Shown: positions 20,970 through 31,523 of the stretch, piece after piece
Numbering within the stretch: position 1 is the first letter of the stretch
How the letters are laid out: each line of letters opens with the position of its first letter
Assembly (NCBI GenBank): GCA_963848295.1
Contig: CAWKDB010000010.1
Span: 3,968,001 to 4,032,000, forward strand
DNA length: 64,000 bases
Direction of reading: 5' to 3'
From: an uncultured delta proteobacterium
Lineage (GTDB): Bacteria; Myxococcota_A; Polyangia; Haliangiales; Haliangiaceae
Position numbers and translations under genes: made by a program
Notes under the pieces: model-generated
Databases searched by the model: none
What the model saw: the letters and a program-made list of their open reading frames with translations, nothing else
Told to the model about the DNA's origin: nothing

Positions 20970-21182
20970 CAGGTGCTCGGCGCGCGCGCGTTGGTCGGCT
21001 GGAGCTGGATGGTGTTTCATCGCGGCTTCATTGCGGTCGCCGCCGGTGCATCGGGCGGCTACGAATGGGGCGCCACGAATCTCTACGGCGACCCGATGTA
21101 TCCGGCCGTGACGTCGCGGATCAGCCGCTTCGACCCCGAATTCGAGTGCTTCATGCGGCTCGGCGCGACGTTCGATCGCTAG
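20970..21182 (+). pseudogene. 3' part of the IS-interrupted exported protein (begins with the right TSD)
   Basis: QVLGARALVGWSW...MRLGATFDR* continues the 17275 frame. Confidence 0.85.
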
Positions 21183-21676
21183 TGATTCATCGCGGGCGGC
21201 GCGGTGAGCGCGCGCATGCGCAGACGCCGCGCACGCCTGCGAGCGGTCTGGTTCTTCACCGTGCTGCGACGCGGCGGCACGAGCGGCTCGGCGCCGTAGA
21301 GCATCGTCATGTGCTCGCGCTGGGTTCTTTCGTTGACGATCGCCTCGGGGATCGGCTCCATCTCGATCGTCGCACTCGCTTTGCGTTCGTGGACGAGGCG
21401 ATCGAGGATGGCGCTGCTCGCCGGCGCGATCTTGCGATAGCCGAGCCGCACGCCACTGTTCGCGACTTCGATGACCTCGAACAAGCCTTCGATCATCGGC
21501 GCGCCGTCGGCGAGTCGGATCGACACGCCGATCATCGAGCCGATCGGCAGACCCTTCGCCGACGGGATGAAGCACGAGTGCTCGTCGCCGAGCTGAGAGA
21601 ACAAGGAGACGAACTCGTCGATCGTCGTGGCCTTCGTCGTGATCGCCATCGCGGAGATGCGGCGCATATTTGCCAT
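21179..21676 (-). CDS. Hypothetical protein with a PilZ-like (myxobacterial TIGR02266-like) N-domain
   Basis: TIDEFV..CFIPS..LPIGS.I.VSIRLADG..IEG..EV pattern; start may be 21667. Confidence 0.5.
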   Translation of the reverse strand: MANMRRISAMAITTKATTIDEFVSLFSQLGDEHSCFIPSAKGLPIGSMIGVSIRLADGAPMIEGLFEVIEVANSGVRLGYRKIAPASSAILDRLVHERKASATIEMEPIPEAIVNERTQREHMTMLYGAEPLVPPRRSTVKNQTARRRARRLRMRALTAPPAMNH

Positions 21677-21865
21677 CGTATGAAATTCGCATGCGGCTCG
21701 GCCACGGAGGTCTCGCGCGGTCGGTGTGCGTCGCGTACATACGCGTCAGCTGGCTCACACGCGTGCGTGCGATAGATCGGCGCGAGCGCATGCGAGTCGA
21801 GGTAGTTGCGCGCGCGCTGCGATGGCCTAGCCGTGAGCTAACGGTCGACGGAGACCGATCTCACG

Positions 21866-22333
21866 CTACTTCACGAGCGCCTTCGCAGCGGCGACGACCT
21901 CGTCGATATGGCCTTTGACGCTCACCTTTGGCCAATGTTGGGCCACCTTGCCGGCCTTATCGATCAGCACGGTCGAGCGGATGATGCCCTTCATCTTCTT
22001 GCCGTACATCACCTTGTCGCCCCACGCGCCGTAGGCTTCGAGCGTGGTGCCGTCCGGATCGCTGAGCAGCGGAAAGCTGAGCTTGTAGCGATCGCGAAAC
22101 TTGCAGTGCGAGGCGATCGAATCCTTGCTGACGCCGACGACCGTGACGCCGAGCTTCTTGAGCTGCGGCACGGCATCGCGAAAGTCTTGGGCCTCGACGG
22201 TGCAGCCCGGGGTGTTGTCGCGCGGGTAGAAGTACACGACGACCGGCTTGCCGACGAGATCCGCGAGCTTGAGCGTGCCGCCTTCCGACGATTCGAGTGC
22301 AAACGCTGGGGCTTTCTTACCGACCTCGACCAT
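21866..22333 (-). CDS. bcp: Thioredoxin-dependent peroxiredoxin Bcp
   Basis: YFYPRDNTPGCTVEA, GVSKDS and IIRSTVLID motifs. Confidence 0.93.
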   Translation of the reverse strand: MVEVGKKAPAFALESSEGGTLKLADLVGKPVVVYFYPRDNTPGCTVEAQDFRDAVPQLKKLGVTVVGVSKDSIASHCKFRDRYKLSFPLLSDPDGTTLEAYGAWGDKVMYGKKMKGIIRSTVLIDKAGKVAQHWPKVSVKGHIDEVVAAAKALVK

Positions 22334-22378
22334 GAGGCGAAGCTACCAACTCGGCGGCGCGGCTGCTACGCTTCGGAG

Positions 22379-22705
22379 ATGCGCATCGCGTCGGTTGTCG
22401 TTGCCGCCTTGTTATTCGGTGGCTGCGGCGCCGGCGGGCGAGGCGGCGTGGCGTGGCCCAAATCGAGCGCGTCGACCGATAGCGCGGACGACGGGGGCGA
22501 GAGTCTCGCCCCGCATCAGGCTCATGCCGCAGCGTCGGCGATCGAAGTCGACGACACGGTCATGCCGGCGCTCGCCGGCCCGGCGCCAGCACCGATGGTC
22601 GCGCCGCCGGCTGATCCGCCGAGCGCGCCGAGCGTCGCGCCACCGACCGCAGAGGGCGACGATCCGCTCATGACCGAAGACATCGTGATCGAAGTCGACG
22701 ACTAA
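22379..22705 (+). CDS. Pro/acidic low-complexity lipoprotein
   Basis: MRIASVVVAALLFGGC lipobox. Confidence 0.55.
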   Translation: MRIASVVVAALLFGGCGAGGRGGVAWPKSSASTDSADDGGESLAPHQAHAAASAIEVDDTVMPALAGPAPAPMVAPPADPPSAPSVAPPTAEGDDPLMTEDIVIEVDD

Positions 22706-22727
22706 CCCGGGCCGCCGTTAACGGCCG

Positions 22728-23729
22728 CTACAACGGGAAGCAGGTGCCGCCCTGTACGAAGCCGAACTTCGGCGCGGTCGCGGGGAAGTAGTAGCCGGTC
22801 GCCATGCACATCTCGTTGGTCTGCGCGCTCTGACCGGCGTCGACCTCGTTGTTCGCGTTGTCGCCGGTGTTCGAGTAGGTGCAGTTCCACGTCAGGTCGG
22901 TCGACGTGAATGTATAGAACGGGTTCGAGTCCCAGGTCGTCACCGTCGGGTGCTGCCAATCGTCGCTCTGGACGATCGGGGTCGTGCCGTCCATCACCTC
23001 GGTGGTCATCGACTGCTTGTGCGAGTGCGTCGACATCGACCAGAACTTCGCGCCAGCAGGCAGCGGGCACGATGCCGTCCACGACGTACCAGCCGCTGGC
23101 GGCACCGCATGCGCGGGGATCGCGATGTCGTTGTTGTACGTGATGTACGCCTCGGTCTCGGTGTACGCGGTCCCAGCCGGCAACGCATACGCCGACAGCT
23201 CGACGTGCACGACGACCGGGGAGTCGGTCTCGTTCAAGTAATGCATCTGGAAGTAGCCCGCGGTGTTCGCCGGGATGTTCTGCGCGACCGGTTTGCCGGT
23301 GCCATCATCGGCCGGCAGATCCTCTTCTTGATCCGGGGTCTGGGTCGCGTACGTCCACACCGGGATGTTGGTGCCGCCGCCGCTGCCGCCGAGGCCACAG
23401 TTCTCGTCGATCGTTCCGTCCGCCGGCTGCGAGCCGTCCGGGTTGAGGAACATGATCATGTGGTGGCTGCCCGGGGTCAGGTGGGAGACCCACTTGTTGA
23501 CCGCGACCGTCTCGGTATTGCCGGTGTGGAAGTAGAAGCACTTCGTCGTCTCGTTGTTCGGAGAGACGTCGATCGTCAGGTCGGTGCTCTGGATCTGGAA
23601 CGCCGGCGTACCGAGAGCCGAGGGTGCGTCGGCGCCGCCTCCTCCGCCGCCGCCGCCCCCGCCGCCCCCGCCAGGACCCTTGCCGCACGCTGCGACGACC
23701 ACGAAAGCGAGACCGAAACAGATGCGCAT
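22728..23729 (-). CDS. Copper type II (PHM/DBH-like) monooxygenase-domain lipoprotein
   Basis: Lipobox VAAC and poly-Gly linker; SHHM, QMHY, HSH and NEMC copper-ligand motifs. Confidence 0.75.
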   Translation of the reverse strand: MRICFGLAFVVVAACGKGPGGGGGGGGGGGGGADAPSALGTPAFQIQSTDLTIDVSPNNETTKCFYFHTGNTETVAVNKWVSHLTPGSHHMIMFLNPDGSQPADGTIDENCGLGGSGGGTNIPVWTYATQTPDQEEDLPADDGTGKPVAQNIPANTAGYFQMHYLNETDSPVVVHVELSAYALPAGTAYTETEAYITYNNDIAIPAHAVPPAAGTSWTASCPLPAGAKFWSMSTHSHKQSMTTEVMDGTTPIVQSDDWQHPTVTTWDSNPFYTFTSTDLTWNCTYSNTGDNANNEVDAGQSAQTNEMCMATGYYFPATAPKFGFVQGGTCFPL

Positions 23730-23861
23730 GGAAAGCCCCCTTAGTGAGGCCGAGGGTATCAACCTGGACATCGCTGTCCAGCGCTTTATTGAACTCGAGT
23801 TCCAGCGAGCACTGACACGAAGTGAGGCGCGGTCGCCCCATGCACCGTATGCTGCGCTGCG

Positions 23862-25207
23862 ATGTACGACGTCGATCTGTTCGTGATCGGGGGCGGCTCC
23901 GGGGGTGTCCGCGCGGCGCGGATCGCGGCGGAGCACGGGGCAAAAGTAGCCATCGCCGAGGCGTATCGCTGGGGCGGCACGTGCGTGATCCGCGGCTGCG
24001 TGCCCAAGAAGCTGCTCGTGTACGCGAGCGAGGTCAGCCGCACCCTCGATGACGCGCGCGGTCAAGGTTGGACCATCGCGCCGGCGACGTTCGATTGGCC
24101 GACGCTGATCGCCGCGAAGGATCGCGAGATCGCCCGGCTGTCGGCGGCGTATCAGGACCGGCTGCGCAAAGCGGGAGCGCGCGTGATCGATGGCCGCGCG
24201 ACGATCGCCGATCTCCACACGATCGAGGTCAACGGAGAGCGGATCACGACGGCGAACATCGTCGTCGCGACCGGCGGCACGCCGCGGATCCCCGGGGTCG
24301 GCGAGTGGATCACGTCGAACGAGGCCTTTCACTTGCCAGCGCTGCCCAAGAGGATCGCGATCGCGGGCGGCGGTTATATCGGAGTCGAGTTCGCGCACAT
24401 CTTCGCGGGCTTCGGCGTCGAGGTGACGCTCGTGCATCGCGACAGCCGGCTATTGCGCGGGTTCGATCCGGATCTCGAGGCAGAAGTCGCGCTCGGGCTG
24501 ACCGCGCATGGCGTGCGGGTCGTGCTCGAGGCCGAGGTCACGCGGTCCGAGCGAACCGCGACAGGCGGGCACAAGATCGCGCTGAAGACGCGCGACCCCG
24601 AGAAGCCGGTGCCGTCGCCGATCGAATGTGATCTCGCGATGGCGGCGACCGGGCGCGCGCCGAACAGCGCAGGTCTCGGGGTTGCCGAGCTCGGCGTCAA
24701 CCTCGATGGGCGCGGTGGGATCATCGTCGACGAGTACTCGCGCACGAACATCCCGCACGTGTTCGCGATCGGCGACGTCAACGGCCGACTCGCGCTGACG
24801 CCGACCGCGATCCGCGAAGGCCACGCGCTCGCCGACACCCTGTTCGGCGGCAAGCCGACCGCGATCGATCACCGGCTGATTCCCACCGCGGTGTTCGGCC
24901 AACCGTCGGCCGCGGCGGTCGGTCTGACCGAGCCCGCTGCGATCGCCGCCGGTCACGACGTCAAGATCTTCCGCGCGCGGTTCCGGCCGATGAAGTACGC
25001 CCTGTCCGGTCGCGACGAGCACGTGATGATGAAGCTCGTCGTCGATCGCGCGACCGATCGCGTGCTCGGCCTGCACGTCGTGGGGATCGACGCCGCCGAG
25101 ATCGTCCAGGCCGCCGCGATCGCGATCACGCTGGGCGCGACGAAGGCCGACTTCGATCGCACGGTCGCGCTGCACCCGACGACCGCCGAAGAGCTCGTGC
25201 TGTTGCG

Positions 25208-25211
<4 letters not shown>
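23862..25211 (+). CDS. gor: Glutathione reductase
   Basis: IGGGSGG, GGTCVIRGCVPKK, GGGYIGVEFA and HPTTAEE motifs. Confidence 0.92.
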
Positions 25212-26373
<1,162 letters not shown>

Positions 26374-26377
<4 letters not shown>

Positions 26378-27559
26378 CGCTCTTCGACGTGCCAGGGCAG
26401 GCCGCGCTTGGCGACGTCCGCGAGGAACGGATCGGGATCGAGCTGCTCCATGTTCCACACGCCGGCGCCCTTCCACGCGCCGGTCACCATCATCACGGCG
26501 CCGGTGACCGCGGGCACGCCGGTCGTGTACGAGATCGCCTGGGCGCGGACCTCTTTGTAGGTCTCCGCGTGGTCGGAGATGTTGTAGATGAAGTAGCGCT
26601 TCGGCTTCCCGTTCTTCGTGCCTTCGCACAGGCAGCCGATCGACGTCTTGCCGGTGTAGCCGGGCGCGAGCGACGCCGGATCGGGCAGCAACGCGCGCAG
26701 CAGCTTGATCGGGACGAGCTTGTGACCGTCGAAGTCGATCTCGTCGATCCGCGTCATGCCGACGTTCTGCAGCACCTCGAGGTGCTTCAGGTACGCCTCG
26801 CCGAACGTCATCCAGAACCGGATGCGCTTGAGGCCCTTGAGGTTGCGAACGAGCGACTCGAGCTCCTCGTGGTAGAGCAAGAAGCTCTTCTTCTCGCCGA
26901 CGCCAGGGTAGTCGAAGATCCGCGACACGCTCAGCGGATCGGTGTCGCGCCACTCGCCGTGCTCCCAGTAGCGACCGCGCGCCGTGATCTCGCGGATGTT
27001 GATCTCGGGGTTGAAGTTCGTCGCGAACGCCTTGCCGTGCGAGCCCGCATTGCAGTCGACGATGTCGACGTTATGGATCTCGTCGAGCAGGTGCTTGCCG
27101 CACGTACGCGCAGAACACGTTCGTCATGCCGGGATCGAAGCCCGAGCCGAGCAGGGCCATCCGGCCCGCGCTCTTGAACTTGTCCTGATACGCCCACTGC
27201 CACTTGTATTCGAACTTCGCGAGCTCGGGCGGCTCGTAGTTCGCGGTGTCGAGGTAGTCGACGCCGGCCTCGAGGCACGCGTCCATGATGTGAAGGTCCT
27301 GGTACGGCAGCGCGACGTTGATGACGACCGCGGGCTGCTCCGCGCGCAGCAGCTTCGTCAGCTGGGGCACGTCGTCGGCATCGACCTGGGCCGTACGGAT
27401 GTTCTTGCCGTGCAGCTCGTGGATCTCGGCCGCGATCTTGTCGCAGCGTGCGAGCGTCCGACTCGCGAGCAACACCTCGCTGAAGCGAGGCTCGAGCGCG
27501 GACTTGTGAGCGACCACTCCGCCGACGCCACCCGCGCCGATGATGAGGACCTTCGACAT
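26374..27559 (-). CDS. Carboxy(nor)spermidine dehydrogenase (saccharopine dehydrogenase family), one +1 frameshift near 27100
   Basis: IIGAGGVG, NVALPYQDL, DTANYE, GSGFDPG, FATNFNPEINIRE, YHEELES and SYTTGVP motifs; directly upstream of nspC. Confidence 0.9.
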
Positions 27560-27614
27560 GGCCGTGTAGTTAGCACGGGCCCGATCGGGCTACCGCTGCG
27601 ATTCGGGCGAAATG

Positions 27615-28613
27615 CTACGCGACGGCTTGATCGTCGTCGGGCTCGGTCGGCGCTAGATCGCGACGGATCGCCTTGGCGAGCCGCTTGGCGAACTTCCGCG
27701 GGCGGGCCTCGAACGCGCCGCGGCTGGCCTTGCGCGCGGCCTTCATCAGGTCGGCGAGCTGGGCGTCGATCGCCATCAGCAAGTTGTCGAGCGCCTCGGG
27801 CGCGATGCCCTGGCTGTACGTGCGAACGAAGTCGCGGACCATGACGAGGTCGACCGCGGGGCTCTGGACGTCGGTGACCGCTTCGATCTCGTTGTGGAGC
27901 TGGGCGACCTGCGGACCGGCGAAGCCGCCGATCACTTCGAGCTGATATGCCAGCTCTTTGCTGCGGCGGCGCCACGAGTGGAACGACCGCTTGCCGCCCT
28001 TCGCGGCTTTGCGGGCGCGCCGCGCGTCGTCGTAGACACCGCGGATGCCCTTCGTGATGCTGCGTGTCGATAGGCCGGTCGGCAATGCGGCTTCGAGTGC
28101 CTCGACCTGGGCCGCGGCGCGCGCGGCGCCTTCGGCGAGCAGTTGCTTGATCTCGGCGAGCGGCGGCACCGCTTCACCGGCCAGCTTGACGATCGCGTTC
28201 GCCGTCGCGCGATCTTCTTCGCCGAGCGGTAGCTGCGCGAGCGCGTCGGGCGCGACCGCGTGATCGCGAGCCGTCGACAACGCGCGGCGCGCTTCCTGAA
28301 GCGCTCGACGGACCGCACGACGCTCGCTTTTCGGCAGCGCATCGGCGACGAGCGCGAGCACGGCGCGAGCACGGCGCAGCGCCTTGCGATAGTCGTGGAC
28401 GGCGGTGGCCGCACCGCGTTCCGCCGCGGCGGCCGCATCGCGCGCGGTCTCGGCAGTCGCTAGGAACTCGGCGACCAGCGCCTGGCGCAGCTCGATCTCG
28501 TGATCGAGCACGGACGCTTTGCCGCCGAACGGACCGAGCTTGTCGGCTTCGGCGTAGGACATCGGATCCAACTTTGCTTTCTCGGGGGTATCGATCGTCG
28601 TCGTCGTGGCCAT
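27615..28613 (-). CDS. CHAD-domain (polyphosphate-binding) protein
   Basis: AVHDYRKALRRARA, ARDH and FHSWRRRSKELAYQLE motifs. Confidence 0.85.
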   Translation of the reverse strand: MATTTTIDTPEKAKLDPMSYAEADKLGPFGGKASVLDHEIELRQALVAEFLATAETARDAAAAAERGAATAVHDYRKALRRARAVLALVADALPKSERRAVRRALQEARRALSTARDHAVAPDALAQLPLGEEDRATANAIVKLAGEAVPPLAEIKQLLAEGAARAAAQVEALEAALPTGLSTRSITKGIRGVYDDARRARKAAKGGKRSFHSWRRRSKELAYQLEVIGGFAGPQVAQLHNEIEAVTDVQSPAVDLVMVRDFVRTYSQGIAPEALDNLLMAIDAQLADLMKAARKASRGAFEARPRKFAKRLAKAIRRDLAPTEPDDDQAVA

Positions 28614-28723
28614 AGCGCGTCTGTATACAATGAGGCGTCCGGATTACCGCACCGACATCACAGATTCGTGCGGATCTGCCGAACTTGTCACAGAGCGCGT
28701 TTTGTCCGGATTAAGGTATCCGC

Positions 28724-29626
28724 GTGCCGCATTCGATTCTGTTCGACCCGGTCGAGAGTCCGTATCTCGTTCCGTACGACGACTCGTTCAAGATCAGCAA
28801 GGCCGCGACCGAGCCCCCATCGGACGCGGCGTCCAAGAAAGACAACATCGCGGCACTCGCCGAGTCGGTCGCGCGCCTCGAGAAGTTGCAGAAGCGGTTG
28901 TACGCCGACGATCGCTACGCGGTGTTACTCGTGTTCCAGGGCGTCGACGCCGCGGGCAAGGACGGCACGATACGCGCGGTGCTCAGCGGCGTGAATCCAC
29001 AAGGCTGTCAGGTCTATTCGTTCAAGCAGCCATCGCAAGAGGATCTCGATCACGACTTCATGTGGCGCGTCCAGCGCGCGCTGCCCGAGCGCGGTCGGAT
29101 CGGCGTGTTCAACCGCAGCCACTACGAAGAAGTGCTGGTCGTGCGCGTTCATCCCGAGCTGCTGCACCGTCAACAGCTGCCCTACGTCCCCGCGCAGCTC
29201 GACGATCTATGGGATCAACGCTACGAGTCGATCAACGCGGCAGAGAAGCATTGGGCCCGTAGCGGCACGGTCGTGTTGAAGTTCTATTTGAATGTCTCCA
29301 AGGAAGAGCAGAACCGGCGGTTCCTCGATCGCGTGCGAGATCCAGCCGACAACTGGAAGTTCACGGCGAGCGATTGGAGCGAGGCCGCCAAGCGCGACGC
29401 CTATCTCGACGCTTATCAAGCCGCGTTGCGCGCGACGAGCAAGCCGTGGGCCCCCTGGTACTGCATCCCGGCCGACTCGAAGAGCTACATGCGGCGCGCG
29501 GTCTCCGAGATCATCGTGAACACGATGACCCGGCTGCCGCTCGCGTTCCCGACGCCATCGGAGGCCGATAAGGCGATGATGGCGAAGGTCCGGCATGCGC
29601 TCGAGGCTGAAGTGCGCAAGTCGTGA
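28724..29626 (+). CDS. ppk2: Polyphosphate kinase 2 family phosphotransferase (class III-like)
   Basis: QGVDAAGKDG, SFKQPS, LPERGRIGVFNRSHYEEVLVVRVH and APWY.IPAD motifs. Confidence 0.92.
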   Translation: MPHSILFDPVESPYLVPYDDSFKISKAATEPPSDAASKKDNIAALAESVARLEKLQKRLYADDRYAVLLVFQGVDAAGKDGTIRAVLSGVNPQGCQVYSFKQPSQEDLDHDFMWRVQRALPERGRIGVFNRSHYEEVLVVRVHPELLHRQQLPYVPAQLDDLWDQRYESINAAEKHWARSGTVVLKFYLNVSKEEQNRRFLDRVRDPADNWKFTASDWSEAAKRDAYLDAYQAALRATSKPWAPWYCIPADSKSYMRRAVSEIIVNTMTRLPLAFPTPSEADKAMMAKVRHALEAEVRKS

Positions 29627-29636
29627 ACCGACCCCG

Positions 29637-30200
29637 TCAGAACGAGCCGCCGACCATCACGCCTGGTACCGGGCCGATCGAGGTCGGATAAGCCGCGGGC
29701 GTGATCATCAGTCTCGCGCGTTGCCGGTCGTTGTGCTTTCGCGCTGCGGCGGGCGCATGCACGATGTCGTAGATCATCCCGGCGCCGTAGCCGATCGCGC
29801 CGAGCGCGAACAGCGCCTCGCCCGAGCTCTGGTCCTTGCCTTGGCAATCGTCGAAACAAAATGCCTCGGCGATGCCGACGAGCGCGATGCTCGCCGACGC
29901 GGCGCGAATGCCCATGCCCCACGTCAGGTACTCGCCCGCGTACCACTCTCCGATCGACGGCGTCAGCGCCGAGCTCAGTAACCCGGCGGTGACGAGCTGA
30001 TCCGAGTTGGTCTTCGCGCCGATCGCGAACATGCCGACCGAGAGCGCGGCCCCGCCCAGTGACAAGCCGAGCGCGACGGTGGGATCCTTGTCATCCGCGG
30101 CGGCCGGCGGCGGTGGCGCGCTGACCGGCGTCATCCCGGGCGGATCTGCGGACGCGATGTGCGTAAGCGCGACGAGCACGATGACCGGGGTGAACCGCAT
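29637..30200 (-). CDS. Exported or membrane hypothetical protein
   Basis: Signal peptide, PPGMT linker, hydrophobic helices, PSIGEWYAG, ending GGSF. Confidence 0.65.
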   Translation of the reverse strand: MRFTPVIVLVALTHIASADPPGMTPVSAPPPPAAADDKDPTVALGLSLGGAALSVGMFAIGAKTNSDQLVTAGLLSSALTPSIGEWYAGEYLTWGMGIRAASASIALVGIAEAFCFDDCQGKDQSSGEALFALGAIGYGAGMIYDIVHAPAAARKHNDRQRARLMITPAAYPTSIGPVPGVMVGGSF

Positions 30201-30213
30201 TGGACGCGGACAT

Positions 30214-30229
30214 TGCAGCCCATGATCCA
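30214..30229 (-). promoter_or_regulatory. Putative sigma-54 promoter
   Basis: TGGATCATGGGCTGCA, 14 nt from the ATG at 30200. Confidence 0.45.
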
Positions 30230-30381
30230 ACCGCTATCCACCTGTGATCGCGGCAGCCCGCGGCAGGAATCCACCACTGGACTGTCAGAACGAACCGCGG
30301 ACCATCATGACGAGCGCGGTGCCGTGCTCGATGAACCCGACTGCTCGCAATCGTCGATGCACAGGCTCGCGGCGGCGCCCG

Positions 30382-31452
30382 CTAGTGACGGTCGATGCAG
30401 CCCGCGCTCACGGCCGCGATCGCATCGGCTTGCGCGGCCTTGTCGGCGAACACCGCTTCGCCCGAGCACGTCGAGGTGTCGCCGGCATAGCAGTGGATCG
30501 AAACATCGTTGCCCGCGACTGCGTGGACCGCGTCGTAGTAGAACGCGCCGCCACCGGTCGACCCGTTCGTATTGTTGTTGCCGCAGAACCAGAAGCTCAT
30601 CGTCGTGTGCGGATACGCGTAGGTCGCGCCGTCGGTGACGATGCTGTCGGCGTGCCACGCGGTCTTGTCGGCCGGCAGCACGCAATCCGGCGTGGTGCAA
30701 CTGCACGTCGTCGTCGATTCGATGCCGTCGATCGCGCCCGCCGGCAGCGGGTCGATCGGCTGCGGAATTTCCGGACAGAACGCCGGCGCCGGGCCGGTGT
30801 AGTCGGGCACATCGCAGCCGACGTCCATCTTCGACACCGCGGGACCGCTGACGATCATCGCGTAGTCGAACAGCGAGCCGAGCCCGTACGCGGCGAGCGA
30901 GTAGCCGATCGAAGCGCCGCCGCCGCTGGTGCCGCCGCCGCAGAAGCCTCCGCTCGTGTGGACGTTGTCGTGGATCCATTTGTAGGCGGTCGCCGGCAGG
31001 CAGCCGGAGTGCAGCGCGCCGACGCCGTGGATCTGCCAGTCGGCCGTCCACTTGAGCTGGACGACGCGCAGGTTCTTCGCGAGAAAGCCCTCGACCAGGT
31101 CGCCCGGGCCGGTCCCCCAATACGCGGTGCCGGCGCCGCCGTTGTGGAGCGTCATCGTGCCGACGGGGGCGGTCGCCGGCGTCGAGATCGCGATCTCGAC
31201 GGTGTCGGTATCGAGGCCGCCGCAATCGACGGCGAGCGACTGGCAGGTCGCGCCGGGCTCGGCGCCTGCGGTGCACGTCGTCGCCCGGGCGGTCACCGTA
31301 CCCAGCGGCAACGCGGTCGTGCCGCCGCTATCCGGCATCGTGTTGCCGTCGGGGGCGTCGGTCAGCACGTCGCCGGTCGTGCCGCCATCGACCGCGCCGG
31401 TTCCACCGTGGTTACAGGCAACGAGCAGCGAAGCTAGGATGTAAGTGCGCAT
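30382..31452 (-). CDS. Cys-rich alpha/beta-hydrolase-like lipoprotein
   Basis: LLVAC lipobox; HNGGAG oxyanion-like motif and GTSGG nucleophile elbow. Confidence 0.6.
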   Translation of the reverse strand: MRTYILASLLVACNHGGTGAVDGGTTGDVLTDAPDGNTMPDSGGTTALPLGTVTARATTCTAGAEPGATCQSLAVDCGGLDTDTVEIAISTPATAPVGTMTLHNGGAGTAYWGTGPGDLVEGFLAKNLRVVQLKWTADWQIHGVGALHSGCLPATAYKWIHDNVHTSGGFCGGGTSGGGASIGYSLAAYGLGSLFDYAMIVSGPAVSKMDVGCDVPDYTGPAPAFCPEIPQPIDPLPAGAIDGIESTTTCSCTTPDCVLPADKTAWHADSIVTDGATYAYPHTTMSFWFCGNNNTNGSTGGGAFYYDAVHAVAGNDVSIHCYAGDTSTCSGEAVFADKAAQADAIAAVSAGCIDRH

Positions 31453-31464
31453 CCCCAGCGATGA

Positions 31465-31480
31465 TGCAAACGGGCGGCCA
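31465..31480 (-). promoter_or_regulatory. Putative sigma-54 promoter
   Basis: TGGCCGCCCGTTTGCA, 13 nt from the ATG at 31452. Confidence 0.5.
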
Positions 31481-31523
31481 CGCCAAGTCCGCGCGAGCGA
31501 TAGACCGGCGGTACGTCGAGAGA

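Noticed and set aside
21677..21865. Possible ncRNA in the long intergenic region
   Set aside because: No recognisable family motif or convincing structure by eye.
23635..23672. CCG-rich tract
   Set aside because: Encodes the poly-Gly linker of the monooxygenase lipoprotein.
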